From contig NZ_JAWWAP010000004.1 of NCBI RefSeq assembly GCF_033721375.1, forward strand, positions 240,662-304,661: DNA of 64,000 bases. Direction: 5' to 3'. The notes under the pieces were generated by a model. The model did no database searches, was not told the DNA's origin, and saw only the letters and a list, made by a program, of their open reading frames with translations. Below, piece after piece: positions 10,277 through 21,200 of the stretch (positions within the stretch are counted from its first letter, which is position 1; every line of letters begins with the position of its first letter). This stretch comes from Arsukibacterium sp. Lineage in GTDB: Bacteria > Pseudomonadota > Gammaproteobacteria > Enterobacterales > Alteromonadaceae. The translations under genes were made by a program, and so were the position numbers.

Positions 10277-10753
10277 ATGTCTTTGTTTAAAGCTAACTGG
10301 GGGCTCAGGCTTTTTGCCTGGCGCTATATTCCGTTAATTGGCTTCTGTTCACCGCGAATTGTCCGGATGAGCAGCAGCACCCTGGAAGTCACTATGCCAC
10401 ATAGCTGGCGCACTAAAAACCATCTGGGCAGCGTCTACTTTGGCGCGCTGGCGATTGGTGCCGACTTAGCCGGAGCATTTCTGGTGTTCTCTAAAGCCAA
10501 AGCCCGCGGTATTAATGCAAATTTTGCTTTTAAAGATGTCCAGGGCCAGTTTTTAAAGCGGCCGGAAGCCACCGTGCATTTCACCAGCAACGATGGCGAT
10601 ATTATCGATCAGATGCTGGATCAGTCGCTGGCCAGTGGTGAACGGATTAACAAGCCGGTATCCGTGGTGGTCACCTGCCCCAGCCTGCATGGTTCAGAGC
10701 CAATGGCAACCTTCACTCTTACCCTGTCAGTCAAAGCAAAAGCCAAACGCTAG
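10277..10753 (+). CDS. DUF4442-like hot-dog-fold protein (putative thioesterase)
   Basis: 158 aa from the ATG at 10277. The pattern ...IVRMSSSTLEVTMPHSWRTKNHLGSVYFGALAIGADLAGAF resembles my recollection of DUF4442/PaaI-like proteins. The family assignment is from memory only. Confidence 0.5.
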   Translation: MSLFKANWGLRLFAWRYIPLIGFCSPRIVRMSSSTLEVTMPHSWRTKNHLGSVYFGALAIGADLAGAFLVFSKAKARGINANFAFKDVQGQFLKRPEATVHFTSNDGDIIDQMLDQSLASGERINKPVSVVVTCPSLHGSEPMATFTLTLSVKAKAKR

Positions 10754-10833
10754 CGTTGGGTTTGCACCCGCGCGGCTGACAGTCTAAAATTGCCGTTTAA
10801 TTTAACCGGCCCGTGGCCTGGCAGAGCGAAACA

Positions 10834-11466
10834 ATGCAAGAACTCAGTGGTAACCTTTTTATTGTCTCGGCCCCCAGTGGCGCTGGCAAATCATCCCTTA
10901 TCAGTGCGTTACTAAAAAACCATAGCGATATGCTGGTCAGCGTATCGCACACAACCCGTCAGCCAAGACCCGGTGAAATTGATGGCGTGCACTACAACTT
11001 TACCAGTGTCAGTCAATTTAAACAGCTGATCGCCGATAACGAATTTCTGGAGTGGGCCGAGGTATTTGGTAATTATTACGGTACCTCACGTAGCGCTATT
11101 GTTGCTAACCTGCGCCAGGGCATTGATGTGTTTCTGGACATTGACTGGCAGGGTGCGCGCCAAATCCGCCAGCAGGCGCCCGGCACTCTGGGTATTTTCA
11201 TTCTGCCACCCAGCCTGAATGAGTTACAGCAGCGTCTTGAGAATCGTGGACAGGACAGCGAAAGCATTATTGCCAAACGGATGGCTCAGGCGCAGAGCGA
11301 GATGAGCCATGCTGATGAGTATGAGTATCTGATTATTAACGACAACTTTAATACTGCCCTGGCTGAATTTGAACGCATTGTCCTGGCACAGCGCAACAGC
11401 TACCAAAGCCAGCTGTACAAGCAGCAGGCCCTGCTTAAGCAACTGTTGGCGAAACCAGCAAAATAG
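10834..11466 (+). CDS. gmk: guanylate kinase
   Basis: From the ATG at 10834, [32 protein letters not shown] and [10 protein letters not shown] align along the whole length with E. coli Gmk. Confidence 0.95.
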   Translation: MQELSGNLFIVSAPSGAGKSSLISALLKNHSDMLVSVSHTTRQPRPGEIDGVHYNFTSVSQFKQLIADNEFLEWAEVFGNYYGTSRSAIVANLRQGIDVFLDIDWQGARQIRQQAPGTLGIFILPPSLNELQQRLENRGQDSESIIAKRMAQAQSEMSHADEYEYLIINDNFNTALAEFERIVLAQRNSYQSQLYKQQALLKQLLAKPAK

Positions 11467-11514
11467 CGTAAACTAGGCGGTCTTGTAATATACCTGAACA
11501 CTCCGGAGTGGCGA

Positions 11515-11790
11515 ATGGCTCGCGTAACAGTTGAAGATGCAGTAGATAAAATTGGTAACCGTTTTGATTTAATTCTGGTTGCGGCCCGTCGTGCCCGCCA
11601 ACTGTCAGTTGAAGGCAAAGAACCGATGGTTGATCGTGAAAACGATAAACCTACCGTAGTGGCGCTGCGTGAAATTGAGCAGGGTTTTATTACCAACAGC
11701 ATTCTTGACGAGCAGGAAAAACGCGATCAAATGCAGCAGGAAGCAACTGAAATGGCTGCGGTAGCTGCAATTATTGGTTCTGATCAGTAA
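11515..11790 (+). CDS. rpoZ: DNA-directed RNA polymerase subunit omega
   Basis: [30 protein letters not shown] is the canonical RpoZ N-terminus. Position between gmk and spoT. Confidence 0.96.
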   Translation: MARVTVEDAVDKIGNRFDLILVAARRARQLSVEGKEPMVDRENDKPTVVALREIEQGFITNSILDEQEKRDQMQQEATEMAAVAAIIGSDQ

Positions 11791-11908
11791 AAACCCCCTG
11801 TCAAACCCTGCCAGCGGCGCTTTAGCCGTTGGCATCTGCGTGTTTTAGACGTATATTCTTAAATTACCGGCATCATGAATTTTTAGCTGTCGAAGTTTGG
11901 GAGCGTTT

Positions 11909-14029
11909 GTGTATTTATTTGAAGGCCTGAAAAATCAAATTTCCGCCTATCTGCCTGCCGAACAGGTGAGTCTGGTGCAGCAGGCCTATGTAGTCGCGCG
12001 CGATGCCCATGCGCCGCAAACCCGATCCAGCGGTGAACCTTACATTACCCATCCGGTTGCCGTTACCAGTATTCTGGCAGAAATGCGGATGGACCACGAA
12101 ACCCTGATGGCCGCGCTGCTGCACGATGTTATTGAAGATACCGAATACAGCAAAGAAGATTTAGCCCGGCTGTTTGGCGACACAGTCGCCGAGCTGGTGC
12201 AGGGGGTCAGTAAGCTCGACAAGGTTAAGTTTAAAGATTATCAGGAATTCGAAGCCACCAATCTGCAGAAAATGTTTATGGCGATGACCCAGGACATCCG
12301 GGTTATTTTAATCAAGCTGGCCGATCGCACCCATAATATGCGCACCCTCGGCGCCCTGCGCCCGGAAAAACGCCGCCGCATCGCCAAAGAAACGCTTGAA
12401 TTGTATGCGCCGATAGCCAACCGGCTGGGTATTCACAATATTAAAAACGAGCTGGAAGATTTAGGCTTTCAGGCCTTGTACCCTATGCGTTACCGCGCAC
12501 TGGGAAGTGCCGTTAAACTGGCCCGGGGTAACAGACGCGAATTGCTGGAAAAAGTACAGAATGAAATACGCGGCAGGATCAGTGATGCCGGCATTGAAGC
12601 CGACGTCAGTGGCCGCGAAAAGCACCTGTACAGCATCTACCGCAAAATGAAAAATAAAGAGCTGATGTTCAACGACGTTATGGACATCTATGCTTTTCGG
12701 GTAGTGGTTAATTCCATTGATAACTGTTACCGCATTCTCGGCCTGGTGCACAACCTGTATAAGCCGATTGAAATCCGCTTTAAAGATTATATTGCCATCC
12801 CGAAACAAAATGGTTATCAGTCATTACACACCTCGCTGATTGGCCCGCATGGTATTCCGGTTGAAATTCAGATGCGCACCCGGGAAATGGATGAAATGGC
12901 CGATAAAGGCATTGCCGCCCACTGGATGTATAAGTCAAACGGCGAGCACAAAGATACCACAGCCCAAATCCGTGCCCATCGCTGGATGCAAAGCCTGCTG
13001 GAATTACAGCAAAGTGCCGGCACCAGCTATGAATTTGTCGAAAACGTTAAATCTGAGCTTTACCCGGAAGAGTTATACGTCTTTACCCCAAAAGGTAAAA
13101 TTGTTGAGTTGCCGATTGGCGCCACCGCAGTCGATTTTGCCTATGCGGTGCATACTGACGTTGGTAACCGCTGTGTTGGTGCCAAGGTAGACCGCCGCCC
13201 GTATTCACTCAGTAAACCGCTGGAAACCGGCCAGACCGTTGAAATTGTTACCAGCCCCGGCGGTAAACCTAATGCCAACTGGCTTAATTATGTGGTTACC
13301 AGCCGCGCCATTCTGGGTATTCGCAACTATTTAAAACGACAGCAGCAAAATGAAGCCATCAGTCTCGGCAAGCGGTTACTGACGTCGGCCCTTGGCGAAG
13401 TAAAACTGGAAGACATTGCACCGGAGCGGATTGAGCAGGTATTAAAAAACGTTCATCAGCAATCCTTTGATGCCCTGTGCAGTGAAATTGGTTTGGGTAA
13501 TCAGCTGCCGGTCGCTATCGCCAGGCGGTTACTGGGTGAATTTGAAGCCGATGACACCAGCGGTAAAAACAGTTCGCCATTACCGAAAAGTAATGCCTTT
13601 ATTGTTGGCTCTGAAGGCATGCTGGTAACCTTTGCCAAATGCTGCCGGCCAATACCGGGCGATGAAATTGTTGCCAATGCCACCCCGGGTAAAGGTCTGA
13701 ACGTGCATCGCAGCGACTGCCGTAATATTAAAGGCTGGGAACGGGATCCGGCCAAGTTCTTCCCGATCCGCTGGGATAACACCAGCGATAAGCAGTTCCT
13801 GTGCGATATCCGGGTATTTATTATTAACCGCCAGGGGGTTCTCGCCAAACTGACGACCCTGATTGCCAGCCAGAACTCCAATATTCAGGATCTGGTTACC
13901 GATGATCGCGATACCGGCGAATACGTAATTAAAATTACTCTCTCCGTGCAGGACAGGGTGCATCTGGCCAATGTTATGCGTAAGATCCGCGTTGTGCCAG
14001 ACGTGCAAAAAGTTTACAGAAGGAAATAA
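11909..14029 (+). CDS. spoT: bifunctional (p)ppGpp synthetase/hydrolase SpoT
   Basis: A GTG at 11909 gives [10 protein letters not shown]..., which aligns with E. coli SpoT MYLFESLNQ. HD domain (HDVIEDT), synthetase, TGS and ACT regions are all present. An alternative TTG start lies at 11897. Confidence 0.93.
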   Translation: MYLFEGLKNQISAYLPAEQVSLVQQAYVVARDAHAPQTRSSGEPYITHPVAVTSILAEMRMDHETLMAALLHDVIEDTEYSKEDLARLFGDTVAELVQGVSKLDKVKFKDYQEFEATNLQKMFMAMTQDIRVILIKLADRTHNMRTLGALRPEKRRRIAKETLELYAPIANRLGIHNIKNELEDLGFQALYPMRYRALGSAVKLARGNRRELLEKVQNEIRGRISDAGIEADVSGREKHLYSIYRKMKNKELMFNDVMDIYAFRVVVNSIDNCYRILGLVHNLYKPIEIRFKDYIAIPKQNGYQSLHTSLIGPHGIPVEIQMRTREMDEMADKGIAAHWMYKSNGEHKDTTAQIRAHRWMQSLLELQQSAGTSYEFVENVKSELYPEELYVFTPKGKIVELPIGATAVDFAYAVHTDVGNRCVGAKVDRRPYSLSKPLETGQTVEIVTSPGGKPNANWLNYVVTSRAILGIRNYLKRQQQNEAISLGKRLLTSALGEVKLEDIAPERIEQVLKNVHQQSFDALCSEIGLGNQLPVAIARRLLGEFEADDTSGKNSSPLPKSNAFIVGSEGMLVTFAKCCRPIPGDEIVANATPGKGLNVHRSDCRNIKGWERDPAKFFPIRWDNTSDKQFLCDIRVFIINRQGVLAKLTTLIASQNSNIQDLVTDDRDTGEYVIKITLSVQDRVHLANVMRKIRVVPDVQKVYRRK

Positions 14030-14033
14030 TTCT

Positions 14034-14426
14034 ATGTCAAAAGTCATTATCCGCACTGAAGCAGCCCCTGCTGCTATTGGCACTTACAGCCAGGCGGTAA
14101 AAATTGGTACCACGGTTTATTTATCAGGTCAGATCCCATTAGTGCCGTCTACCATGCAAATGGTCTCAGAAGATTTTGCCGAGCAGACTCATCAGGTGTT
14201 TAAAAACCTGACCGCAGTCTGTGAAGCCGCCGGCGGCAACCTGAATAATATGGTGAAAGTTAATATTTTTCTGACCGATCTTGGCCAGTTTGCCACGGTA
14301 AATCAGATTATGAGCGAATACTTTGCCGAACCGTATCCGGCCAGAGCCGCAGTCCAGGTCAGTGCGCTGCCCCGTGGATCACAAATTGAAATTGACGGTG
14401 TAATGGAAGTGCCGTCTACTCATTAA
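14034..14426 (+). CDS. ridA: RidA/YjgF-family reactive-intermediate deaminase
   Basis: [36 protein letters not shown] and [21 protein letters not shown] are typical RidA sequences. The start at 14034 has a GGAA-type RBS upstream. Confidence 0.9.
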   Translation: MSKVIIRTEAAPAAIGTYSQAVKIGTTVYLSGQIPLVPSTMQMVSEDFAEQTHQVFKNLTAVCEAAGGNLNNMVKVNIFLTDLGQFATVNQIMSEYFAEPYPARAAVQVSALPRGSQIEIDGVMEVPSTH

Positions 14427-15259
14427 TGATAAAATCAGCCGTGTTACGTCACCTCTGGCCGCTGGCTGCCTGGCTTTATTTACTGCCACAACCGGCTGTG
14501 GCCGAAATTCAGCCACCGGTTATTGCGCCCCCTACCCTGGTCTGGTGCCTGGATCATTTCCCGCACTTTCATGAGTATGACAGCGGCGACACCCCTACTG
14601 GCCCATCGGTAGAATTAATTCAGGAACTGGCCAGACGGGCGGGTTTTCAGCTGAGCTTTACCCCACGCACCAATCTGGCCCGTTGTCTGAAGCTGATGGA
14701 GCAGGGAGAAGTCGACCTGATGACCAACCTCAGATACAGCGATGAGCGCAACCAGTTCATGTATCTGCTGCCGTATAGCAATAATGTCGCGGAAAGCTTA
14801 TTTCTGCGAATAGCCGATAACCGGCTTATCGACAGTAAAGCCCAGTTACGCAGCCTTACCCTGGCCACCTTACGCCACTATTTGTATAACCCGGCCACTA
14901 TGGCACTTATCGCAGAAGAGTCACGCCATATCGCCCAGGTTGACAGCATAGAAGTGGCGCTGGAAATGTTATTGCGCAAACGAATTGACGGCCTGGTTGC
15001 GCCGACAATCAGCACCACCGAAGCCATTAATGCGGTAAGCAGTTATCAGCAGCGCTTTAAAATTGCCCCACTTGATTTTAGCGGTAACACACCGAACAAC
15101 ATTCATCTCGCTATTGCCAGAAACAGCCCACATGCTGCTTTACAGCCGTTGTTGCAACATCATTTGCAAACCATGATTGACGATGGCACGGTAGAGCGGC
15201 TTATCCGCAACCCGGAAAACCGGCCTGACGTTAACGAGCTGAAACTGCAACAACCTTAA
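14426..15259 (+). CDS. periplasmic solute-binding-protein family 3-like protein
   Basis: Signal peptide (WPLAAWLYLLPQPAVA), then a pattern typical of SBP_bac_3 orphan binding proteins (GxxVELIQELARRAGFQLSF..., CLKLMEQGEVDLM, RIDGLVAP). The start overlaps the ridA stop (TAATG). Confidence 0.6.
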   Translation: MIKSAVLRHLWPLAAWLYLLPQPAVAEIQPPVIAPPTLVWCLDHFPHFHEYDSGDTPTGPSVELIQELARRAGFQLSFTPRTNLARCLKLMEQGEVDLMTNLRYSDERNQFMYLLPYSNNVAESLFLRIADNRLIDSKAQLRSLTLATLRHYLYNPATMALIAEESRHIAQVDSIEVALEMLLRKRIDGLVAPTISTTEAINAVSSYQQRFKIAPLDFSGNTPNNIHLAIARNSPHAALQPLLQHHLQTMIDDGTVERLIRNPENRPDVNELKLQQP

Positions 15260-15325
15260 ATGCTTTGCCTCTGCCCATTCCCGGTTTACACTGAAAGCAT
15301 GCTCCTGTGATTGTAAGAGACCCCT

Positions 15326-17407
15326 TTGCCGCATACCCGACTGGATAGCCTCAGCATCAGCCTGATCAAGGGCGTAGGTGCCAAAGTGGCAGAGCGCCTG
15401 GAAAAGCTTGGCATCGCCAGTGTCCAGGACTTACTGTTTCATCTGCCGCTACGTTACGAAGACCGCACCCGCATTTATGCTATCGCCGACTTAATGCCAG
15501 CAATCCACGCTACTGTGCTGGCAGAGGTGATCAGCAGTGAAATTCAGTTTGGCAAAAGACGTAGCTGGCTGGTAAAGGTCACTGACGGCAGCGGTTTTTT
15601 AACCTGCCGGTTTTTTCACTTTAGCGCAGCGCAGAAAAATGCGGTAACACCCGGGGTGAAACTGCGGTTGTTTGGCGAGGTTAAACGCGGCCCGCGGGGC
15701 GTTGAGATGCTGCATCCGGAATACCGGGTACAACAGGACGAGCAACTGCAACAGGTCGCGGAAACCCTTACCCCGGTGTACCCGACCACCGAAGGTATTA
15801 AACAGGCCAGCTGGCGCAAACTCACCGATACCGCACTGGAATACCTGAGCCGCTATGCCCCGGCAGAGTACTTACCGGCAACCTTGCTAAGTTCGCCCTG
15901 GTCACTGGCCGAGGCGCTGGCGTATATTCACCGGCCGCCACCGGATGCCCAGCTCAGTCTGCTGGAAGAAGGGCGTCACCCGGCGCAGCAGCGGCTTATT
16001 CTGGAAGAACTGGTGGCCCAGCAACTGAGCATGCATCAGCTGCGCAGTCAGAGCCAGCGCCAGCGGGCGATTGCCCTGAACCACAACCGCGATATTGAGC
16101 AAACTTTTTTAGCCAGCTTGCCGTTTCAGCTGACTGCTGCACAGCAGCGGGTGGTGGCTGAGCTGCGGCAGGATCTCGCCAAGCCGCTGCCAATGCTGCG
16201 TCTGGTTCAGGGTGATGTTGGCTCGGGCAAAACCCTGGTGGCGGCCTTAGCTGCGCTGACGGCAATCAGTCAGGGTTATCAGGTGGCGCTGATGGCACCG
16301 ACTGAACTGCTGGCCGAACAGCATGCCACAAACTTCAGCAACTGGTTCAGCCCACTTGGCATTACCGTGGCCTGGTTGGGTGGCAAAACCAAAGGCAAGG
16401 CCCGCGATGAGGTGCTGAGCCAGCTGGCCGATGGCCGGGCCCAGATGGTGCTGGGCACCCATGCGTTATTCCAGCAAAGTGTCAGCTTTTGCAAACTGGC
16501 GCTGATTATTATCGACGAGCAACACCGCTTTGGCGTGCATCAACGGTTAGCCCTGCGGGAAAAAGGCGGTATTGCCGGCGTCTATCCGCACCAGCTGGTG
16601 ATGACGGCTACCCCTATTCCACGCACGCTGGCGATGACCGCCTATGCTGATCTGGATACCTCAGTTATCGATGAGTTACCGCCAGGTCGCACTCCGGTTA
16701 CCACCGTTGCGATTCCTGACAGCCGGCGCCAGGAGATTATCGAGCGGGTGCGCAATGGCGTATTGCAGGATAAACGCCAGGTATACTGGGTGTGTACCTT
16801 AATTGAAGAATCTGAAGTATTACAATGTCAGGCGGCCGAAGACACCGCAGCCAGCCTGGCCGCTGCCTTACCAGAGCTGAAAATTGCCCTGGTACATGGC
16901 CGATTAAAAAGTGCTGAAAAACAAGATATTATGGCGCGTTTCAGCAGTGGCGAGCTAGACTTACTGGTTGCCACCACGGTAATAGAAGTCGGGGTCGACG
17001 TACCCAACGCCAGTTTAATGATTATTGAAAATCCGGAGCGGCTGGGTCTGGCCCAATTGCATCAGTTACGCGGCCGGGTTGGTCGCGGCAGCGCGGTATC
17101 CCATTGCGTGTTGTTGTATCATGCGCCATTATCAAAAACAGCACAGGCCAGGCTAAGCGTATTGCGCGACTCTAACGATGGCTTTGTGATTGCCCAGCGC
17201 GACCTGGAAATCCGCGGCCCCGGTGAGCTGCTGGGCACCCGCCAGACCGGCCTGCTGCAGTTTAAAATTGCCGACATCAGCCGCGATGCCGAGCTTATTC
17301 CACATGCCCGCCAACTGGCTGCAACGCTGTGGCAGCAGGACCAGAGCGCCTGCCTGCAACTGATCCGCCGCTGGCTGGCGAATAAAGATATTTACGGCAA
17401 CGCCTGA
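15326..17407 (+). CDS. recG: ATP-dependent DNA helicase RecG
   Basis: 693 aa. LFHLPLRYEDRT wedge region, helicase motif I GDVGSGKT, DEQHRFGV, and QLHQLRGRVGRG. TTG start. Confidence 0.95.
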   Translation: MPHTRLDSLSISLIKGVGAKVAERLEKLGIASVQDLLFHLPLRYEDRTRIYAIADLMPAIHATVLAEVISSEIQFGKRRSWLVKVTDGSGFLTCRFFHFSAAQKNAVTPGVKLRLFGEVKRGPRGVEMLHPEYRVQQDEQLQQVAETLTPVYPTTEGIKQASWRKLTDTALEYLSRYAPAEYLPATLLSSPWSLAEALAYIHRPPPDAQLSLLEEGRHPAQQRLILEELVAQQLSMHQLRSQSQRQRAIALNHNRDIEQTFLASLPFQLTAAQQRVVAELRQDLAKPLPMLRLVQGDVGSGKTLVAALAALTAISQGYQVALMAPTELLAEQHATNFSNWFSPLGITVAWLGGKTKGKARDEVLSQLADGRAQMVLGTHALFQQSVSFCKLALIIIDEQHRFGVHQRLALREKGGIAGVYPHQLVMTATPIPRTLAMTAYADLDTSVIDELPPGRTPVTTVAIPDSRRQEIIERVRNGVLQDKRQVYWVCTLIEESEVLQCQAAEDTAASLAAALPELKIALVHGRLKSAEKQDIMARFSSGELDLLVATTVIEVGVDVPNASLMIIENPERLGLAQLHQLRGRVGRGSAVSHCVLLYHAPLSKTAQARLSVLRDSNDGFVIAQRDLEIRGPGELLGTRQTGLLQFKIADISRDAELIPHARQLAATLWQQDQSACLQLIRRWLANKDIYGNA

Positions 17408-17419
17408 GGGACAACAGCA

Positions 17420-18238
17420 ATGAAAAATCTGCAACCACTTATGCAACCTCTTTTGCAACCACTAAGCCCGCTGCAAATTCGCCAACAGTGCCGCAGTGGT
17501 CAGTTCAGCGCTACCACCTCGGGTTTGGCGCCAGGCTTTGTTCAGGCCAATATGGTCATTTTACCAAAGCAGTATGCCGCCGATTTTTTGCAGTTCTGTC
17601 ATTTTAACCCTAAGCCCTGTCCGCTGCTGGGCATGGCGGCAATGCCCGGCGCCATTGATATGCCGGCGCTGGCGCAGCAGCTGGATATTCGCCGCGACTT
17701 ACCCAGATACCGGATTTTCCAGGATGGCAAGCTGAGCAATGAAGTCACTGATGTCACAACGTACTGGCGGGATGATTTAGTGACTTTCCTGATTGGCTGC
17801 TCGTTTTCGTTTGAAGAATCTTTACTGGCCGATGGCCTGGAGATCCGTAATATCACCGAACAGGTCAATGTGCCAATGTATCGCACCAACCTTGAGTGCA
17901 CCCCGGCAGGGGCATTTCACGGCGGTATGGTGGCCAGTATGCGGCCAATGACCCCGGCCGATGCCATCCGGGCTATTCAGATTTGCTCGCGTTTTCCTCA
18001 GGTACACGGCGCGCCGGTGCACTTTGGCGATCCGGCCGCTATTGGTATCAGCAATATCGATAAACCCGATTTTGGTGATGCAGTCACAATAAAACCGGGC
18101 GAAGTACCGGTATTCTGGGCCTGCGGTGTTACGCCTCAGGTCGCTATAGCCAATGCCAAAGTAGACTTTTGCATTACTCACAGCCCCGGCCATATGCTGG
18201 TACTGGATGTCCCAAACAGCAAACTATCAATACTTTGA
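17420..18238 (+). CDS. DUF1445/UPF0317 putative hydro-lyase (D-glutamate cyclase-like)
   Basis: The N-terminal block [38 protein letters not shown] matches the conserved signature I recall for the UPF0317 putative hydro-lyase family. 272 aa is the typical length. Confidence 0.8.
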   Translation: MKNLQPLMQPLLQPLSPLQIRQQCRSGQFSATTSGLAPGFVQANMVILPKQYAADFLQFCHFNPKPCPLLGMAAMPGAIDMPALAQQLDIRRDLPRYRIFQDGKLSNEVTDVTTYWRDDLVTFLIGCSFSFEESLLADGLEIRNITEQVNVPMYRTNLECTPAGAFHGGMVASMRPMTPADAIRAIQICSRFPQVHGAPVHFGDPAAIGISNIDKPDFGDAVTIKPGEVPVFWACGVTPQVAIANAKVDFCITHSPGHMLVLDVPNSKLSIL

Positions 18239-18260
18239 AAATAATGACCGGGCCGCTTGC

Positions 18261-21200
18261 TCAGCTTTTAAAGTAGCTGCGTAAGGTACTGCCACTGCTG
18301 AATACGCTGATCATGCTGCCCAGTACGCCGGCAATCGAAGCGGCGACGATATGCAGTGACTGTCCCGAGGTCAGCGCAATGCCACCGACGATCACCACCA
18401 CCACTACCGCAAAACTGAGCCGGTAGTTTTTCCAGACACCGGCTTCGCCCACTTTTACCAGCTGGCGCAGCGTTTCAGAAGGCTCAGCATTTTGCACAAA
18501 CTGGCGGAAGCTGCGGTTCACCAGCTCTAAACGACCCCGGCTTACCCGCAGCAGGCCATTCATTGCTAAATGCTCAATCATCAGGTAATTCAGTGGGTTA
18601 AGCTGATGACCATTGGAAAGATTAAACAAGGCCAGTTTTTCTTCGTTGCTGCAGCTCTCCCACTTGTAGCGATACAGCGCATCGGCATGATGCAGAATAA
18701 AATTTAACGTGGCCCATTGCCGGGTACTCAGGCCATCGCTGCCACGCCAGATACTTTGCTTATCCTCTGTCTGTTGGCTCAGCTGCTCTGTCGTTACCGG
18801 CAGGGGGCCAAGCAACGGGTAAGCCGTTATTTCCTGCTGCAACATCTCGGTATCCAGCGGCTGAGCCAATGCCGGGGGTAGCTGGACGTTAAAATTCAGC
18901 AGACATTCTGACCACGCAAGATACTCGGTCTGCTCCAGCATGCTGCCACCGGCTGCGGCCAGGTCGTCTTTTATTGTTAATCGCTGCAGGCTGTTAAACC
19001 CCATCACCAGGTTAAACTCAGTTAACGTGCCCAGTAACGTCAGGTTTTTTAACTCGTTGATAAGCGCCAGTAATTGCTGCCGCCGCCGCGGCCCATCCAG
19101 GCAGGTCTCTATCTGACTAAGGGTAACCCGGACAGGCTCATCGGCCCGGGTTTGCTGCAGCGTTATTGACACATTCTGCAACTGTGAATCATCGTTAAGT
19201 TGCCTTAACAGGGCACTTTGCCGGTACAGCTGGGCAAAGCCCGGCAGCGACGGCGAACGGTTATCACCATCACTATCTGCCAGCTGCTGCTGTTTTATCA
19301 GCAGCATTAAATTAACCCCGGCAGGCGGGCAGGCAGTTAACTGTAAGTGCAGCCCCGCAGTTAACCGCCTGCTGGGGCTCTGTTGCGCCTGCTGACACAA
19401 TTGATAAATATGCCGCAAAAAATCACTGTTATAGCCTAAGCGTTGCCATAACACCCGACGCACGTACAGCTGCCAGAGCAGCAGCAATAATCCCAGTGGC
19501 AGTAAAAAGCGTAAGCACACCGCAGCCAGCTGGCCCGCTGATTGCACACTGCTGGCACTATCGCGTAACTGCTGCAAAGCCTGGTCAGGCACATCAAGCG
19601 GCTCAACCCGTACCAGAAACGTTTTTACCCATTGCCATAAATAAGTATTGCCAATAATCGTACTCAGCTTTGGATAGTCATCTGGCATACCGCTGCTGTT
19701 TACGTCGGCGCAGCGCTGCTGCACCTCGGTATAAGACCAGTTTACCGGTAACAGTTGCCAGGGTTGCCAGCGCTGCTCAGTCATCGAATTGGGAAAACGG
19801 TTTAAAGCAAACTCATGAATTTCGGCCCGCTCGCGGTTAAATTCAATACATTGCATTTTGGCATAATGCGCCTGCAACGCCTGCTGCGGCACCTTGCTGA
19901 TATAGGACAGATAGCTGAACGGCGCCAGGGTAATCAGCGCCACGCTGCCGGCAATAATCAGTTTGGCAACAGGTTTAATAACCGGCGCCTGCGGCTTGCG
20001 CTGGCGTAAAAACAGGCCGGCACAGCCAGTAATCACCAGTAGCAAGGCCGCACTTAACCAGGGCAATAACGGGTTCAGCTGCGCCGACGGTATGGTCAGT
20101 TGCAGTGCCGTACGTAATGCAAAAAAGCCATATACCAGCCCCCAGATTAATGAAACCAGCAACAACAAACGCCGGCTGTCAAAACCAAGCGGAATAGTCA
20201 GCCGGTTTTTCAGCTGTTTGCTGTTAAAGAAGCGTCTTGCCAGTTGTAAGCCTGTGATCAGTAATAAAAAAAACACTATCATACTGACACTGAAAATCAG
20301 GAACTGGTTGCTCATAATGGCATCGACATGGTCTTGCGGGTAAAACAGTACCAGCGCCCATTCATCAACCGGCGTGCCACTCAGAATAAAATTGCCCGGT
20401 TGACCATGATAAAAACCGGCCAGTCCAGCTTTGATGCCATCGCCGGTCGGCTCGCCTGATTTAATCGTCTGGCTAAGCAGGTTATTCTCGCTGCCTATAT
20501 AGTAAATATTCTCGACAAAAGTGCGGCTGTTATCGTTGTGATAAAGCACTTTACCGCTGCGGCGCTCTACCACCATAAACTGCAGACCATGGGCAGGCGG
20601 CGGGGCCAGACTGACCGACGGCAGCACCACATCGGCAACCAGCACAAAGCCGGCATCAGCGTAGCTGTCAGCATCAGGTTCAGCCATCAGTGGCATAGCT
20701 ATGGTCGTGCCGCGGGTGCCGTTATTTATGTTCAGCAAGCGCTGAATATACACATTGTTAAATTGCTGACCAGCCAAATCCAGTTGCCAGCCATTGCCCT
20801 GGCGCACCCGTTTAAAATAATCACGATGCGATAAATCATAAATTTTTAGCGCGGCATTATTTTCCAGATAATACACCGAGGGCAGGCTGGAACGGCCGGC
20901 AGCATCAAGCAGTGTTACCGACAGCAAACGGCCGGGAGTCAACGTCGCATCCCGCCGGTAATAGCTTCGCAGTGAGCAGGGCGGATCAGCGGCTACCTGC
21001 ATCGACTGCGGATAAAAATCAAAAATTAACTCCGTCGATGTACAGTCAGTCAGTAACTGCCGGTAATTGACTTTCTGCAACTGGCGCACCGGCTGCAACA
21101 ACTCGGCATAAGGCGCAGCGCCCTGCCAGTGCCGCTGATAATATGCGCCATACTGTTGCAATTCAGAAAATACCGCTTTAATGTCTGCCGTCAACCCGGC

